From a virus: DNA of 64,000 bases. The position numbers were made by a program, and so were the translations under genes. Positions within the stretch are counted from its first letter, which is position 1, and each line of letters starts with the position of its first letter. The stretch covers positions 1 through 64,000 of the IMG/VR virus record IMGVR_UViG_3300032893_000010, one strand, 5' to 3'. This document shows positions 18,946 through 29,043 of this stretch, one piece after another. Below the pieces are notes generated by a model. The model searched no databases. It had not been told where the DNA came from and saw nothing but the letters and a program-made list of their open reading frames with translations.

Positions 18946-19078
18946 GCCGGATGATCTGAGGCTTTCTTACTCTTGCCGGAAGCGCGGTTGCGATTGCGGA
19001 TGCTTCGCTTGTAATCAAGGATCTGACCATTGCTTCAATCATTACAGGAGCTGCCATGAGGGATGTTCTAATACATGA
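18920..19078 (+). CDS. Cys/His microprotein, CxCxCxxC family copy 1 (52 aa)
   Basis: MSRQKKNPKPDDLRLSYSCRKRGCDCGCFACNQGSDHCFNHYRSCHEGCSNT; GGGAG RBS. Confidence 0.75.
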   Translation: MSRQKKNPKPDDLRLSYSCRKRGCDCGCFACNQGSDHCFNHYRSCHEGCSNT

Positions 19079-19200
19079 ATAATTGCGGGTATCCAGGTAA
19101 GTGCTTCTGCAAGTGCAAAGATTGCAATGAGCCTTTCATTAACCTTCCGTCTCATTGCGGGAATCGCGGCAAAGGCTGCCACTGGTATTGTGAGAAATAG
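19075..19200 (+). CDS. Cys/His microprotein copy 2 (41 aa)
   Basis: MNNCGYPGKCFCKCKDCNEPFINLPSHCGNRGKGCHWYCEK; ATGA overlap upstream, stop abuts the next ATG. Confidence 0.75.
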   Translation: MNNCGYPGKCFCKCKDCNEPFINLPSHCGNRGKGCHWYCEK

Positions 19201-19734
19201 ATGTCAAGATTAGACTGGAAAAACGGCAGATGGACTGCTGATGTAGAGACAGACCAGATATACATGGCCATGAGAGGATGGCGCGATGTGTCTGGTGACT
19301 GGATTGATTACTACAGATTCGATGCTGCATCGACTACGATAAATGATATATACGATGAAGCTGTAAGCCCGGGTCGTGTATTCGGTTCACCAGTCAGGAT
19401 ACCAGTTCTTCATGTCACAGTAATTCCCGGCGATAATCAGAATACTGAATATGGTTTCTATTTCAATGACACTCTTGTTATCATCTGCGCTTTCGATCAG
19501 TTCACCATGACTGGCATGGATTATGCTGATGTCCTTCAGGGTAACTACCTTAAGGACAGGGTTTACTATAACCAGAAAATATTCAGGACTCTTTCTATGA
19601 CACCGGCAGGTAAGATACAGCAGCGACCTACCATGATAAGAATAGAATGCACTCAGCTTAAGCCTGACGAGCTTGTTGAGGATTCTCAGTACTTGCCTTG
19701 GTCACAGCAAATTAACCCAGGAACTACACCATAA
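19201..19734 (+). CDS. Putative neck/head-closure protein
   Basis: Position in the head-tail module; DIYDEA and KDRVYY..KIF motifs. Confidence 0.55.
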   Translation: MSRLDWKNGRWTADVETDQIYMAMRGWRDVSGDWIDYYRFDAASTTINDIYDEAVSPGRVFGSPVRIPVLHVTVIPGDNQNTEYGFYFNDTLVIICAFDQFTMTGMDYADVLQGNYLKDRVYYNQKIFRTLSMTPAGKIQQRPTMIRIECTQLKPDELVEDSQYLPWSQQINPGTTP

Positions 19735-20078
19735 TGAATCAAAATCTTCAGCCACTACAATTTTCTGAACTATATCATGCTACTAGAGCAAGCAGACTAG
19801 ACTCCATTAAAGAAACTGGACTGACAGCAAGTGAGTACTCTTCTGCTAATCCTGTTCTAACGTCAGATCACTCGTTGGCTACAATGTACGCTCGTGGCAA
19901 CATGATAAATGGTGGCGAGACTCCTGGTATAGTCACGGTTCGCGTCCCATCTGATAAAACATCTGAGTATCTTCATGAAGATTCAACAGCTCATAAATCT
20001 CATGGAAACTCAGCTTTCGGTATAAAGAAACCGCTGCCATCACATATGATCCATTCAGTAGAAACTCTAGAAGATTAA
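19734..20078 (+). CDS. ADP-ribosyltransferase/Tpt1(KptA)-fold protein
   Basis: LYHAT.....SI...GL, LTSD...A..YA and C-terminal LPSHMI motifs. Confidence 0.55.
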   Translation: MNQNLQPLQFSELYHATRASRLDSIKETGLTASEYSSANPVLTSDHSLATMYARGNMINGGETPGIVTVRVPSDKTSEYLHEDSTAHKSHGNSAFGIKKPLPSHMIHSVETLED

Positions 20079-20087
20079 GGACCCTAA

Positions 20088-21206
20088 ATGCCAACATTGC
20101 CAGTGGACGGACAAACAGGATGGGGAGACACTCTTAACGCTTATCTCAACGCCTTAGACTCAGAAGCTAACACTACGCAGACTAACCTCTCAAATCACGC
20201 TGGTAATACTCCTGCTGATCCTCACGGTGACAGGGCTTACGCTCAGTCATTAGTTAACCCTATTATCAACGGGGTTAACCAGGCTAACGGGTTCGTGCAG
20301 CTTAACTCATCAGGGCTTATCCCTTCGAATCTAATCTCAGGTAGTGGTTCTGGTGGCGGCTCATCCATCACGGGCGGCATGTACACTGGAGTATTTGACG
20401 CTGTTGCCACTTACGGTGCTGTAACAAATAACGGTGCAGATCAATCGTCAGCCATACAGTCTGCGCTTAATGCTGCCTCTTCGGCAGGAGGCGGAATCGT
20501 ATGGCTAGGTCCGGGTACTTACTCGCTGTCTAATTATATTGTGATGCCTAGTAATACATGGCTGATGATGAGCAAGGGAGCCGTTCTGTCCAGGATTCCT
20601 GGAAGTCCTAACCCTAAATACTTGATAACGAACGTTCAATTCGGTACTTCTAATACTCCTGCTACTAACATAAAGATAAGCGGTGGCAGGCTAGATGCTG
20701 TGGGAGCTAATTCCATGTCGTCTCAGTGCACGCCGTTGTTCCTCATACAGTCCAATCAGAATGTAATAGAGGATATCTATTTTAATAATGTGTTCAATAA
20801 TCCTGCTGTTGAGATAAACGGATGCGTGGATACTAAGATCAGCAGTTGTTACTTCGATGGCACTGGGTCTAATAACTTTTTCAGTCAGCCTTCGGTACCG
20901 GCAGTAAGAATTAATTCTTCAGTTACATCTACGACTCCTACTGGACTCGGCAACTTCGTGTACAACAACACTGTTACTAACAATTGCCGCCTGACAGATT
21001 CATCTACTAAGACTCTGTCAACTACTTACGGGTGCTATGGTGCTTTAATAGGAAGTGATAAGACTTCTTCGTATCACAGCGATCATATTTTCGTTACTAA
21101 CTGTGCCACAGAATATGCTAGCACTCTGGGCAGTGCCGTGTATGCGAATAGTCAGTGGACATATTCCGTTAATGCGAATAACCTGTTCTATGAGTCAGCG
21201 CCTTAA
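20088..21206 (+). CDS. Pectate-lyase-like beta-helix tailspike/depolymerase
   Basis: YGAV.NNGADQSSAIQSALNAA...GGGIVWL.PGTY followed by Asn-rich beta-helix coils. Confidence 0.7.
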   Translation: MPTLPVDGQTGWGDTLNAYLNALDSEANTTQTNLSNHAGNTPADPHGDRAYAQSLVNPIINGVNQANGFVQLNSSGLIPSNLISGSGSGGGSSITGGMYTGVFDAVATYGAVTNNGADQSSAIQSALNAASSAGGGIVWLGPGTYSLSNYIVMPSNTWLMMSKGAVLSRIPGSPNPKYLITNVQFGTSNTPATNIKISGGRLDAVGANSMSSQCTPLFLIQSNQNVIEDIYFNNVFNNPAVEINGCVDTKISSCYFDGTGSNNFFSQPSVPAVRINSSVTSTTPTGLGNFVYNNTVTNNCRLTDSSTKTLSTTYGCYGALIGSDKTSSYHSDHIFVTNCATEYASTLGSAVYANSQWTYSVNANNLFYESAP

Positions 21207-21284
21207 TGATATACTAGTCCTGTAAGTATTCCATGCGAGAGCTTACGTACCATCGCCTTATACCTGTTCAGACTGGAGTTTGCT

Positions 21285-22007
21285 ATGCCCTGGCTTCTCA
21301 ACGAAGATGCGGCGCTCAAGAAAAAGCTGCAAGGTCTACAGGTATTTGATGCGGATGCACCAGGAGGAAGAAAGGTTCCTGTCAGATTCAGGATGCCAGA
21401 AGTAGAACCGGCTGATGTATCTTATCCTATTATCATCATCGAACACGACGGCTGGTTTCCTGCTAATGAGAGAGAGCATAGAGGATATGTGAAGTATCCT
21501 TATGCTCCTGAGGGTTATGCTCCATGGTGGGATGACACAGGACCGGCAACTACAGTATATGACCCTAACGACGGTCCTTACTGGGGTTTCATTCCCATTC
21601 CTTACAATCTTGATTACACTATTTCTGTGCTGGCCAGATTCCAGACTGACCACATGATGCCCTTGATTTCCAAGTTGGCATCTTATGACAGGCTTCATCC
21701 GAAGTTCGGCTTCTTAGACGTTCCTCAGGATGGGACTAAGAGGACCATGCAGCTTCTTGGCGGCCCTGCTCCTATCGACATGTACGATGATAACGGCAAA
21801 AGGGTATTCAGGACAATATATAAGGTAAGAGTGTTCTCTGAGCTTGTAGAAGAAGTTGTTCAGTATGCTCTCGCTAAGCAGATTAACTTGGACGTGAGCG
21901 TCTATCAAGATTTATCAGACATTACAGAGGCAGAGTTGACTGAGGCTAGAGGTTTGCTCTCCGTTGGTACTGCTGCTGCGTGGAATGTCGCACAACCACT
22001 AATATAA
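21285..22007 (+). CDS. Tail terminator/completion protein
   Basis: Immediately before the sheath; YPII.I and PIPYNLDY.I motifs. Confidence 0.6.
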   Translation: MPWLLNEDAALKKKLQGLQVFDADAPGGRKVPVRFRMPEVEPADVSYPIIIIEHDGWFPANEREHRGYVKYPYAPEGYAPWWDDTGPATTVYDPNDGPYWGFIPIPYNLDYTISVLARFQTDHMMPLISKLASYDRLHPKFGFLDVPQDGTKRTMQLLGGPAPIDMYDDNGKRVFRTIYKVRVFSELVEEVVQYALAKQINLDVSVYQDLSDITEAELTEARGLLSVGTAAAWNVAQPLI

Positions 22008-22017
22008 CGGAGAAACA

Positions 22018-23580
22018 ATGGCAACAATACCCGAGAGCCCAGGCGTATATATTACTGAGTCTCTTACTCCGCTAACTAACAATAATATTCCTGGTGAGGC
22101 TATAGGAGTAATAGCTGCTGCTTACAATCAGGGACCAGATGTTCCTACTATGGTAACTAGCTGGAATCAGTATGTACAGAAGTACGGCACTTTCCAGCAG
22201 GCGTCTCCTAATACATCACTTCACTATGCCGTGTATCAGTTCTTCAACAACGGAGGATCACGGTTAATCGTTCTCGCTGTTCCTAATACCGATGCAGTAA
22301 CAGCCACATTGACATTGCAGGATATAAATACTCCTGCTGATAATGTGATGACTGTATCTGCTATTTCTCCGGGAGCATGGGCTAATTCGATTTACGTGGC
22401 CATAACATCAGCGGGAAACACAGGAAGATTTAATGTTCAGATTTACAGCGGAGGAACTTCCTCATCTAATCTAGTAGAGAACTTCATTGATCTCTCGATA
22501 AATCCTGCTGATCCCAGGAATGTAAGCAAGATACTTAACTCGCCTACTTATGGTTCCAATTACATAAATGTGACTGTATCAATTCCTGGTACTTATACTG
22601 CCGGGATTAATGATCCCGCTCTGATAAGTGCTACTCCTCTGACAGGAGGAAGCAACGGAGTGACGGCACCTAATCTTGGAACTGCGATTCCTCTTCAGCT
22701 TGATAAGCTTCAAGGTACTATACTTAACGTTAACGTCCCAGGGCTTGACAACTCCACAACCCTGAACACTCTCATCTCTTGGGCAATAGGAAGAGGGGAT
22801 GTCATGTTCGTAATTGACGGTCCTCCTCCTTCATTCCCTGAAACATCAGCTCAGGTAGTGCAGAACTATCTTAACCTGATAACTGGTGGTACACCGATTA
22901 ATAACTCAACGTACGCCGCTTTGTATGCTCCCTGGATTCAGATTATCGACCCGGCTTCGTCAATTCCCGGTGCTTCAGTTTGGGTTCCGCCAGGCGGTGC
23001 TGTTCTAGGAGCCTGGAGTGCTACAGATAATCAGGTTGGCGTGTGGCAGACTGCGGCTGGCGTCAGGTATGGCAAGATAAAGCTGGTTAACATAGAAGCA
23101 TTGTTCACATCATCAGACTTGGATACTCTTAACGTCAACAATATCAATGCTATAAGGTTCGTTCCTAACTATTATCCTGCGATCATGGGCGGAAGAACCC
23201 TTGAGCAGGGCTACCCAGATAGGTATGTGGCTGTAAGAAGAATGCTCATGAAACTTGAGCATGACTTTACTTACCTGCTTCAGCCAGCGCTGTTCGAGCC
23301 TAACGATGCACAGCTATGGTTGCAGATAACTCAGATCCTGACAAATTACCTGACTCAGTTAATGCAGCAAGGTGCCCTGGGTGGTACTACTCCCGACACA
23401 GCATTCCAGGTTATCTGCGACAGCTCTAATAACACGCCTGCTACAGCGCAGGCAGGTATAGTAAATGTAGCTGTAGCTGTAGCTTTGCTGAGCCCGGCAG
23501 AATTCATCTTGATTAACATAAGCCAGTTCCAGAACACCGGGCAGACAACAATAACAACTTCACCAACGGCAGGGAGCTAA
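22018..23580 (+). CDS. Contractile tail sheath protein
   Basis: PGVYITE, YAPWI, PPGGAVLG, GGRTL, RYVAVRR, LFEPND, PAEFI motifs. Confidence 0.92.
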   Translation: MATIPESPGVYITESLTPLTNNNIPGEAIGVIAAAYNQGPDVPTMVTSWNQYVQKYGTFQQASPNTSLHYAVYQFFNNGGSRLIVLAVPNTDAVTATLTLQDINTPADNVMTVSAISPGAWANSIYVAITSAGNTGRFNVQIYSGGTSSSNLVENFIDLSINPADPRNVSKILNSPTYGSNYINVTVSIPGTYTAGINDPALISATPLTGGSNGVTAPNLGTAIPLQLDKLQGTILNVNVPGLDNSTTLNTLISWAIGRGDVMFVIDGPPPSFPETSAQVVQNYLNLITGGTPINNSTYAALYAPWIQIIDPASSIPGASVWVPPGGAVLGAWSATDNQVGVWQTAAGVRYGKIKLVNIEALFTSSDLDTLNVNNINAIRFVPNYYPAIMGGRTLEQGYPDRYVAVRRMLMKLEHDFTYLLQPALFEPNDAQLWLQITQILTNYLTQLMQQGALGGTTPDTAFQVICDSSNNTPATAQAGIVNVAVAVALLSPAEFILINISQFQNTGQTTITTSPTAGS

Positions 23581-23582
23581 CA

Positions 23583-24155
23583 ATGCCGGTACAGCAGAAG
23601 TCATCTATAGCTCACTTAGCTACTGATCCTCTACGTAATTTCAAGTTCCTGGTAACATTGCAGCCGCCTAACGGAAAATCGCTGCCGTTAGGATTCATGT
23701 CTGTTTCAGGACTTAACATGACTGTAGATGTCATAGCATATCGTGAGGGTGGCTATAATACGACAACGCAGAAAATGCCGGGACAGGCAGATTTCTCTCC
23801 TATAACATTGTCAAGGGGAGTGGCTGTAGGAACTCCTGTAGATTACCATTGGATGCAGCAGCTATTCACGGTAATGCAGGGAACAGGAACAGCAGGAGAT
23901 GGTAATAATTTCAGGTGGAGTGTCCTGATTCAGATCCTAGATCATCCTGTTACTACAGCGACAGTGGCAGTAAAGGCAGCGTTCCAGATTTACAACGCAT
24001 GGCCGACATCTATTGCCTATTCAGACCTTGATGCAGGCGCCAACCAGCTATTCATAACACAGCTAGTATTAGCTCATGAAGGATTCGACTATTCGCTTGC
24101 CACATCTATAGGAAATTCCGACGCACCGAACTTCCCGGCGACCCCAAGCAGCTAA
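23583..24155 (+). CDS. Tail tube protein (T4 gp19/Afp-like)
   Basis: DPLRNFKF, SVSGL, YREGG, ITLSRG, NAWP, LAHEG. Confidence 0.92.
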   Translation: MPVQQKSSIAHLATDPLRNFKFLVTLQPPNGKSLPLGFMSVSGLNMTVDVIAYREGGYNTTTQKMPGQADFSPITLSRGVAVGTPVDYHWMQQLFTVMQGTGTAGDGNNFRWSVLIQILDHPVTTATVAVKAAFQIYNAWPTSIAYSDLDAGANQLFITQLVLAHEGFDYSLATSIGNSDAPNFPATPSS

Positions 24156-24173
24156 TTTTAACAGGAAGAATAA

Positions 24174-25070
24174 ATGGCTAACACAAGAACCACTAAAAGA
24201 CCAGTATCAGGTACAGGAAATGACTGGATTAATCCTATGGATAACCCTGACAGGGCTAACGCTGAGATAGCAGCGGTCCTGAATCAGGCATCCTCATCAG
24301 ACATGCCTGTTATAAGCTTCCCGGCAGATGACATAGTTAATTTGCCGGGGGGCATTGTAAGAAAAGACACCATAATAAGGACAGCACAGGTCAGGGAACT
24401 GACAGGAGCAGATGAGGAAGCTCTCGCAAGGGCGAGTCAGTCTATGAATCCTTTTGTTTTCATAGACAGGCTTCTCAAATGCGGGGTTACCAGGATAGGC
24501 GATGAACCTTCAACGGAAACAGAGAAGCTTCTGAGTCATATGCTTATCGGAGATCGTGAAGCTCTGATACTAGGAATCAGGCAGGCTACTTACGGGGATA
24601 AATTAGAAGTCCCGGAGTGGGCTTGCACTAATTGCGGAGTAAAATCTGATCTTGAGATGGAGATATCAGATATACCAGTGGTGAAGCTGATTGATCCTGC
24701 TAACGAGATATCATTCAGGGTTCCTCTCAGGAAGGGAGGGTTCGCTCAGGTTAATCTGGCTACGGGAGTAGACCAGCTTGCCACGTTTGAGAAGCCTGAA
24801 CTTACGCAAGCTCAGAGGGAGACTATTCTTATATCTAGATGTGTGAGTACTATAACAGACAGTCAGGGCATGGAACATTCCATGGCCGGCTTTCCGTCTC
24901 TATCTAGGGATATGAGCATACCAGACAGGCACGCTATTCTCAATGCTCTCAGGGACAGGCAGCCAGGACCGAAGTATGATCAGGTGAAGTATACGTGCGA
25001 TTCTTGTAATGAGGATGTCACTGTGACAGTGACGATAGGTAACTTGTTTCTCGACTTCGGATGGGTCTAA
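24174..25070 (+). CDS. Tail assembly chaperone/baseplate hub assembly protein (T4 gp26-like)
   Basis: VRELTGADEE, GDRE.LILGIR.ATYG, two CxxC pairs; lies between tube and tape measure. Confidence 0.7.
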   Translation: MANTRTTKRPVSGTGNDWINPMDNPDRANAEIAAVLNQASSSDMPVISFPADDIVNLPGGIVRKDTIIRTAQVRELTGADEEALARASQSMNPFVFIDRLLKCGVTRIGDEPSTETEKLLSHMLIGDREALILGIRQATYGDKLEVPEWACTNCGVKSDLEMEISDIPVVKLIDPANEISFRVPLRKGGFAQVNLATGVDQLATFEKPELTQAQRETILISRCVSTITDSQGMEHSMAGFPSLSRDMSIPDRHAILNALRDRQPGPKYDQVKYTCDSCNEDVTVTVTIGNLFLDFGWV

Positions 25071-25245
25071 CGGCATAAATTACGCTGAGATGTATTACCA
25101 GGTTGAAAGCCTGGTAGATCATTACGGATGGACTGTAGGTTATGCTAAATCCCTGAGCGTGAGAGAAAGAAAACACTGGTACAGGAGAGTTCAGGTAAAG
25201 AAAGAGAGATTGAGGTCTAATGACAACTCCAGCGCCACCAGGTAA
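25039..25245 (+). CDS. Second chaperone ORF, probably reached by +1 frameshift
   Basis: +1 frame encodes ...YYQVESLVDHYGWTVGYAKSLSVRERKHW..., typical of the small pre-tape-measure ORF. The frame opens just before TTG-TTT-C at 25044-25050. Confidence 0.55.
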   Translation, partial: VTCFSTSDGSNGINYAEMYYQVESLVDHYGWTVGYAKSLSVRERKHWYRRVQVKKERLRSNDNSSATR

Positions 25246-28200
25246 TACAGGTGGTTTCCTAGGCGGTGTTTCCGGAACTCTAGGTGGTACTAACTCTTTA
25301 CAGAGCAGCATAGATCAGCTTAATAATTCAATTAATAGTCTTGCCTCCAGGATAGGTTCAATGAACCTTGGCGGTGGTACTGCGACAGCTCAGCAGACAG
25401 GCCCTAATGGCACGCAACCTTTTCCCAGGATGCAGAATCCGTTCCAGGTTAACCAGAGGCAAACTGGTATAGGAGGAGGAGGTCCCGGAGGCGCCGGTAA
25501 TGTATCTCAGCCTAGGTCGTTCGGCAGGTACGGAATGCAGAACATGTCTGGTTCCATGATGATGCTGCGAGGACTTGCGTCGTTCGGCCAGAACATGATG
25601 CAGAACCAGCTTTCTCTTAACCAGTATGCAACCATGTCAATGACTGGCCTGAATTATAACGGCATGAGCCAGAATCAGGCTATGAGAGCTTTGTATTCTC
25701 AGGCTGGTGCCATGCCAGGGAACCTGAATGCTTTAGGTTTCAGTCCTCAGGACATGTACGGAGCTATGCCATACCTTCAGCAGCTTGGCGGAACCCAGTT
25801 GATAGGTCAGTCTTCTCTGGGACGAGCTGGATTCGGTGCCATGCAAAGCTTCGGGGTTTCTAATCCCGGTCTTAGTGCTACTACATCTGCTCAGTTAGCA
25901 GCGGCTATGTATTCCCCTCAGTTTTCCATGCAGATGATGATGATGGGATACAATCCTATCAGGTCTATGACTGGCGGGGCTCCAATGAATGCTGGCCAGG
26001 CGGCTCAGTCTATTCTTAAAGGCATGGGTCTGGGGGGAATGAATTCAGCAAGGGTTTTCGGTAATCTCGCATCTCCTAAAGGTCAGGTTGCGCTTCAAGC
26101 CTTGTTCGGCTCATCTGGTATCTCTAATCAGCAAGCATCCCAGTATCTTGACATGTATTCTCAGCTCTTCTCTAAGGGGTTGTCTCCTACTGCTGCCACT
26201 AATCTTATCAACAGGGCCACAACAGGCTCTGTGAGTTCTATGAAGGCCGCACAGGCAACTTTGGCTAACAAGTACGGGATCAGGACTTCATCTAATGACC
26301 TTCAGCAGTTAAAGAACGCACAGTCTGTCATATCAGGCAGGCAAGGAGAGTACGCGGGCGGATTCAACGATGCAATAAACCAGTCAACGTCTCTGCTGGA
26401 ACAGTTCAATTCAGCACTTAACAAACTGCTTAACGGTCCTCTGGGAACAGCGGGTGGTTATGCTGGTGGTATGGGTGGAATGGCATCCGGTATCATGGGC
26501 GGTGCTGGTATAGGAATGGGCTTAGGCGGGGTGAGAATCCTGTCCAGGCTTCTAGGTTTAGGTGGCGCTGGCGGAAGTTTGCTTGGTGCTGGCGGTGGTG
26601 CGGCAGCGGCAGGTGAAGGAGCAGGAGTTGCAGCAGCGATAGCACCTATTGCAGCAGCAGCCGCCCCTGTTATTGCTGGTGTACTATTAGGGGCTGTTGC
26701 TAAGGCTGTTAGTGATACTTTATCTCCTGCCGGTACTAAAAGAGGCGTGGCAAGCAAGGTCATGCAGCAAAGACATCTGCTTCCTTTCGGAATGGATATG
26801 TTTTCAGGTCTGATAGCTGATGTAGGTTCAAAGCTTCACATTGCAGGCGTGGGAGGTGGTGCTACTCCGGTAGCTCATTCTTCTCAGCAGAAAACTGGCG
26901 GAAATAACCAGCTAGGAGGCATATCAGGATCAGCAAAGAAAGCTGTCGGTGCTGCTGAATCACAGGTTGGAGTTCCTTATGCGTGGGGAGATGAGCTACC
27001 AGGAGTAGGCTTTGACTGTTCCGGTCTGGTGCAGTGGGCTTACGGTCAAGCTGGAGTGCATCTTCCAAGGACTTCTCAGGCTATGTGGGAAGCGCTGAAA
27101 AACAGGAGAATACCTCTCAGCAAAGTACAAGAGGGAGATCTTATTTTCGCTGCTGGGTCAGATGGCACTACTTCATCCCCTGGCCATGTTGCAATGATGG
27201 TAAACCATAACCAGTTGATTCAGGCTCCTTATACAGGAGCTAATGTCGGCATAACAGGTTTCGATGCTAACGGATGGATAGGTGCAGCAAGACCAGCAGG
27301 AAATGGTTCTTTCGTCGCAGGTAATACAGCATCAGCGGTAAGCAGCACAGGAGCAGCATCAGGATCATCACTGTTCGCCGGGAACAGGGGAATGGGGCCT
27401 GGAACCAACTCTTATGGTTCAGCAGAAGAAGTGGACTTGATAGCTTCTATGGGCTCTGGCTCTGGCGGTGGTGCTTTCGGTATGACAGGCGGCGGGAATA
27501 ATAACGGAAGTTCTGGTTCTCCTAATACTAATACAGGAGCAGCAGGAGGAGGATCTACCAGGTTGCCGACAGGAAAAGGAAATCTGGTAGCGTATGCCAA
27601 GAAGATAGCACAGAGGTACGGCTGGGCTTCAGGTTTGCAATGGCAGGACTTCCTGAGAATAGTAAATCGTGAGGACGCTTCCTGGGACCCTACAGCTACT
27701 AATCCCGCATCAGGCGCTTATGGCATACCTCAGGCTCTTCCTGGTTCTAAGATGGCATCGGCGGGACCAGACTGGAGAACTAATCCTGAAACACAGTTGA
27801 GATGGATGTTCGGCTATATTAAAGGCACATACGGAAGTCCTTCTAAGGCGTGGGCTAATGAGCAGTCCCTAGGATACTATGGTGCTGGGGGGATGATGCA
27901 GCCTGGTCTTTCCATCGTTGGCGAGAGAGGGCCAGAGCTAGCCATGACTTCCGGAGGAACTACTCATATATTCTCCAACGCCCAGACCAGATATCTTATC
28001 AATGCCATAAAAGGTAATGTCTCCCAGAATCCATGGCAGACTGATGTAACGAACGGAACCAGCTCTTCCAGGATGTCAACGGGCGGCATGAATGTTAATT
28101 TCAATGCCGGTTCCATAGTCATACAGATGGCGCATGGTTCGGATAACATAGCATCTAAGGCTGGCAGGGAAGTAGCCAGGCAGATAGTAAGGCACATAAA

Positions 28201-28246
28201 TTCTGAGGCTGTGTCTCAGGCTATCAGGAACGGAGAGAAACTTTAA
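25220..28246 (+). CDS. Tape measure protein with NlpC/P60 peptidase and lytic transglycosylase domains
   Basis: Gly/Ala/Met-rich helical body; PYAWG..GFDCSGLV.WAY..GHVA (C40); REDASWDPTATNPASGAYGIPQA (SLT). Confidence 0.85.
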   Translation: MTTPAPPGNTGGFLGGVSGTLGGTNSLQSSIDQLNNSINSLASRIGSMNLGGGTATAQQTGPNGTQPFPRMQNPFQVNQRQTGIGGGGPGGAGNVSQPRSFGRYGMQNMSGSMMMLRGLASFGQNMMQNQLSLNQYATMSMTGLNYNGMSQNQAMRALYSQAGAMPGNLNALGFSPQDMYGAMPYLQQLGGTQLIGQSSLGRAGFGAMQSFGVSNPGLSATTSAQLAAAMYSPQFSMQMMMMGYNPIRSMTGGAPMNAGQAAQSILKGMGLGGMNSARVFGNLASPKGQVALQALFGSSGISNQQASQYLDMYSQLFSKGLSPTAATNLINRATTGSVSSMKAAQATLANKYGIRTSSNDLQQLKNAQSVISGRQGEYAGGFNDAINQSTSLLEQFNSALNKLLNGPLGTAGGYAGGMGGMASGIMGGAGIGMGLGGVRILSRLLGLGGAGGSLLGAGGGAAAAGEGAGVAAAIAPIAAAAAPVIAGVLLGAVAKAVSDTLSPAGTKRGVASKVMQQRHLLPFGMDMFSGLIADVGSKLHIAGVGGGATPVAHSSQQKTGGNNQLGGISGSAKKAVGAAESQVGVPYAWGDELPGVGFDCSGLVQWAYGQAGVHLPRTSQAMWEALKNRRIPLSKVQEGDLIFAAGSDGTTSSPGHVAMMVNHNQLIQAPYTGANVGITGFDANGWIGAARPAGNGSFVAGNTASAVSSTGAASGSSLFAGNRGMGPGTNSYGSAEEVDLIASMGSGSGGGAFGMTGGGNNNGSSGSPNTNTGAAGGGSTRLPTGKGNLVAYAKKIAQRYGWASGLQWQDFLRIVNREDASWDPTATNPASGAYGIPQALPGSKMASAGPDWRTNPETQLRWMFGYIKGTYGSPSKAWANEQSLGYYGAGGMMQPGLSIVGERGPELAMTSGGTTHIFSNAQTRYLINAIKGNVSQNPWQTDVTNGTSSSRMSTGGMNVNFNAGSIVIQMAHGSDNIASKAGREVARQIVRHINSEAVSQAIRNGEKL

Positions 28247-29043
28247 TGGGTACGACTCCCATATCTCAGCCTGCTTTTGATAAAAGGATATCGACTCTTG
28301 CTTTTCCTCTTACTGGAGGCCAGTACGGAACCATACAAAGAGGGTTCATGGTGTGGGAGAAAGCGTGGGGTCCTTATTCAGGTAAAGCCATGGTCAATTT
28401 CCTGTACAATCCTTCATCTGTGGAAGCTGACTATTCTATGTCTAACGGAGGAGTAGCATCAGCTTATCTTTTCCCCACAGCATTTAATGATGTAGACTTG
28501 AGAGTTCCTCTTAACCAGACTGTAGAGTTCTCCCTGCTTTTCGACAGGACTTATGAAGTGCAGGGAACTTATAATTCTAATGGAGCTGCTGGTACGGCTA
28601 ATAATCCTGGCCAGAATGATCCTAGGGTGGTCGGGGTTCTGGCGGATATCATGGCTATGCAGCAGTTCACTGGAATGTTCACAGCCTACTCTACGGGAAA
28701 CACGGGAACTACTTCTCCTTCTCCTGGTGCTCTCACAGGATGGCAGGGAATATTGCAGCTGATACCATCTTACGTGTATTTCGGTGGCGGTGGTTCAGCG
28801 TCTACATCTTTATGGTACTACGGTTACATAACTGAGTGGGATGTTACTGTTACTCACTGGACTCAGTATATGATTCCTATGAGATGCGTAATGGATATAA
28901 CCATGACAATGCTTCCTCCTAATGGTTCCACTCCTAAATTCCAGAGTGTTAACGGAACTACTAATTTCCAGCCTACAGCAGGTTCTCCTACGCCGTATAC
29001 TAATACTTCATCAATACCATCGACGGGAGTGTCCGGAAGGTGA
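28246..29043 (+). CDS. Tube-initiator/baseplate hub protein
   Basis: FLYNPSSV, LLFDRT and GYIT...V..THW....PMRC; follows tape measure. Confidence 0.6.
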   Translation: MGTTPISQPAFDKRISTLAFPLTGGQYGTIQRGFMVWEKAWGPYSGKAMVNFLYNPSSVEADYSMSNGGVASAYLFPTAFNDVDLRVPLNQTVEFSLLFDRTYEVQGTYNSNGAAGTANNPGQNDPRVVGVLADIMAMQQFTGMFTAYSTGNTGTTSPSPGALTGWQGILQLIPSYVYFGGGGSASTSLWYYGYITEWDVTVTHWTQYMIPMRCVMDITMTMLPPNGSTPKFQSVNGTTNFQPTAGSPTPYTNTSSIPSTGVSGR

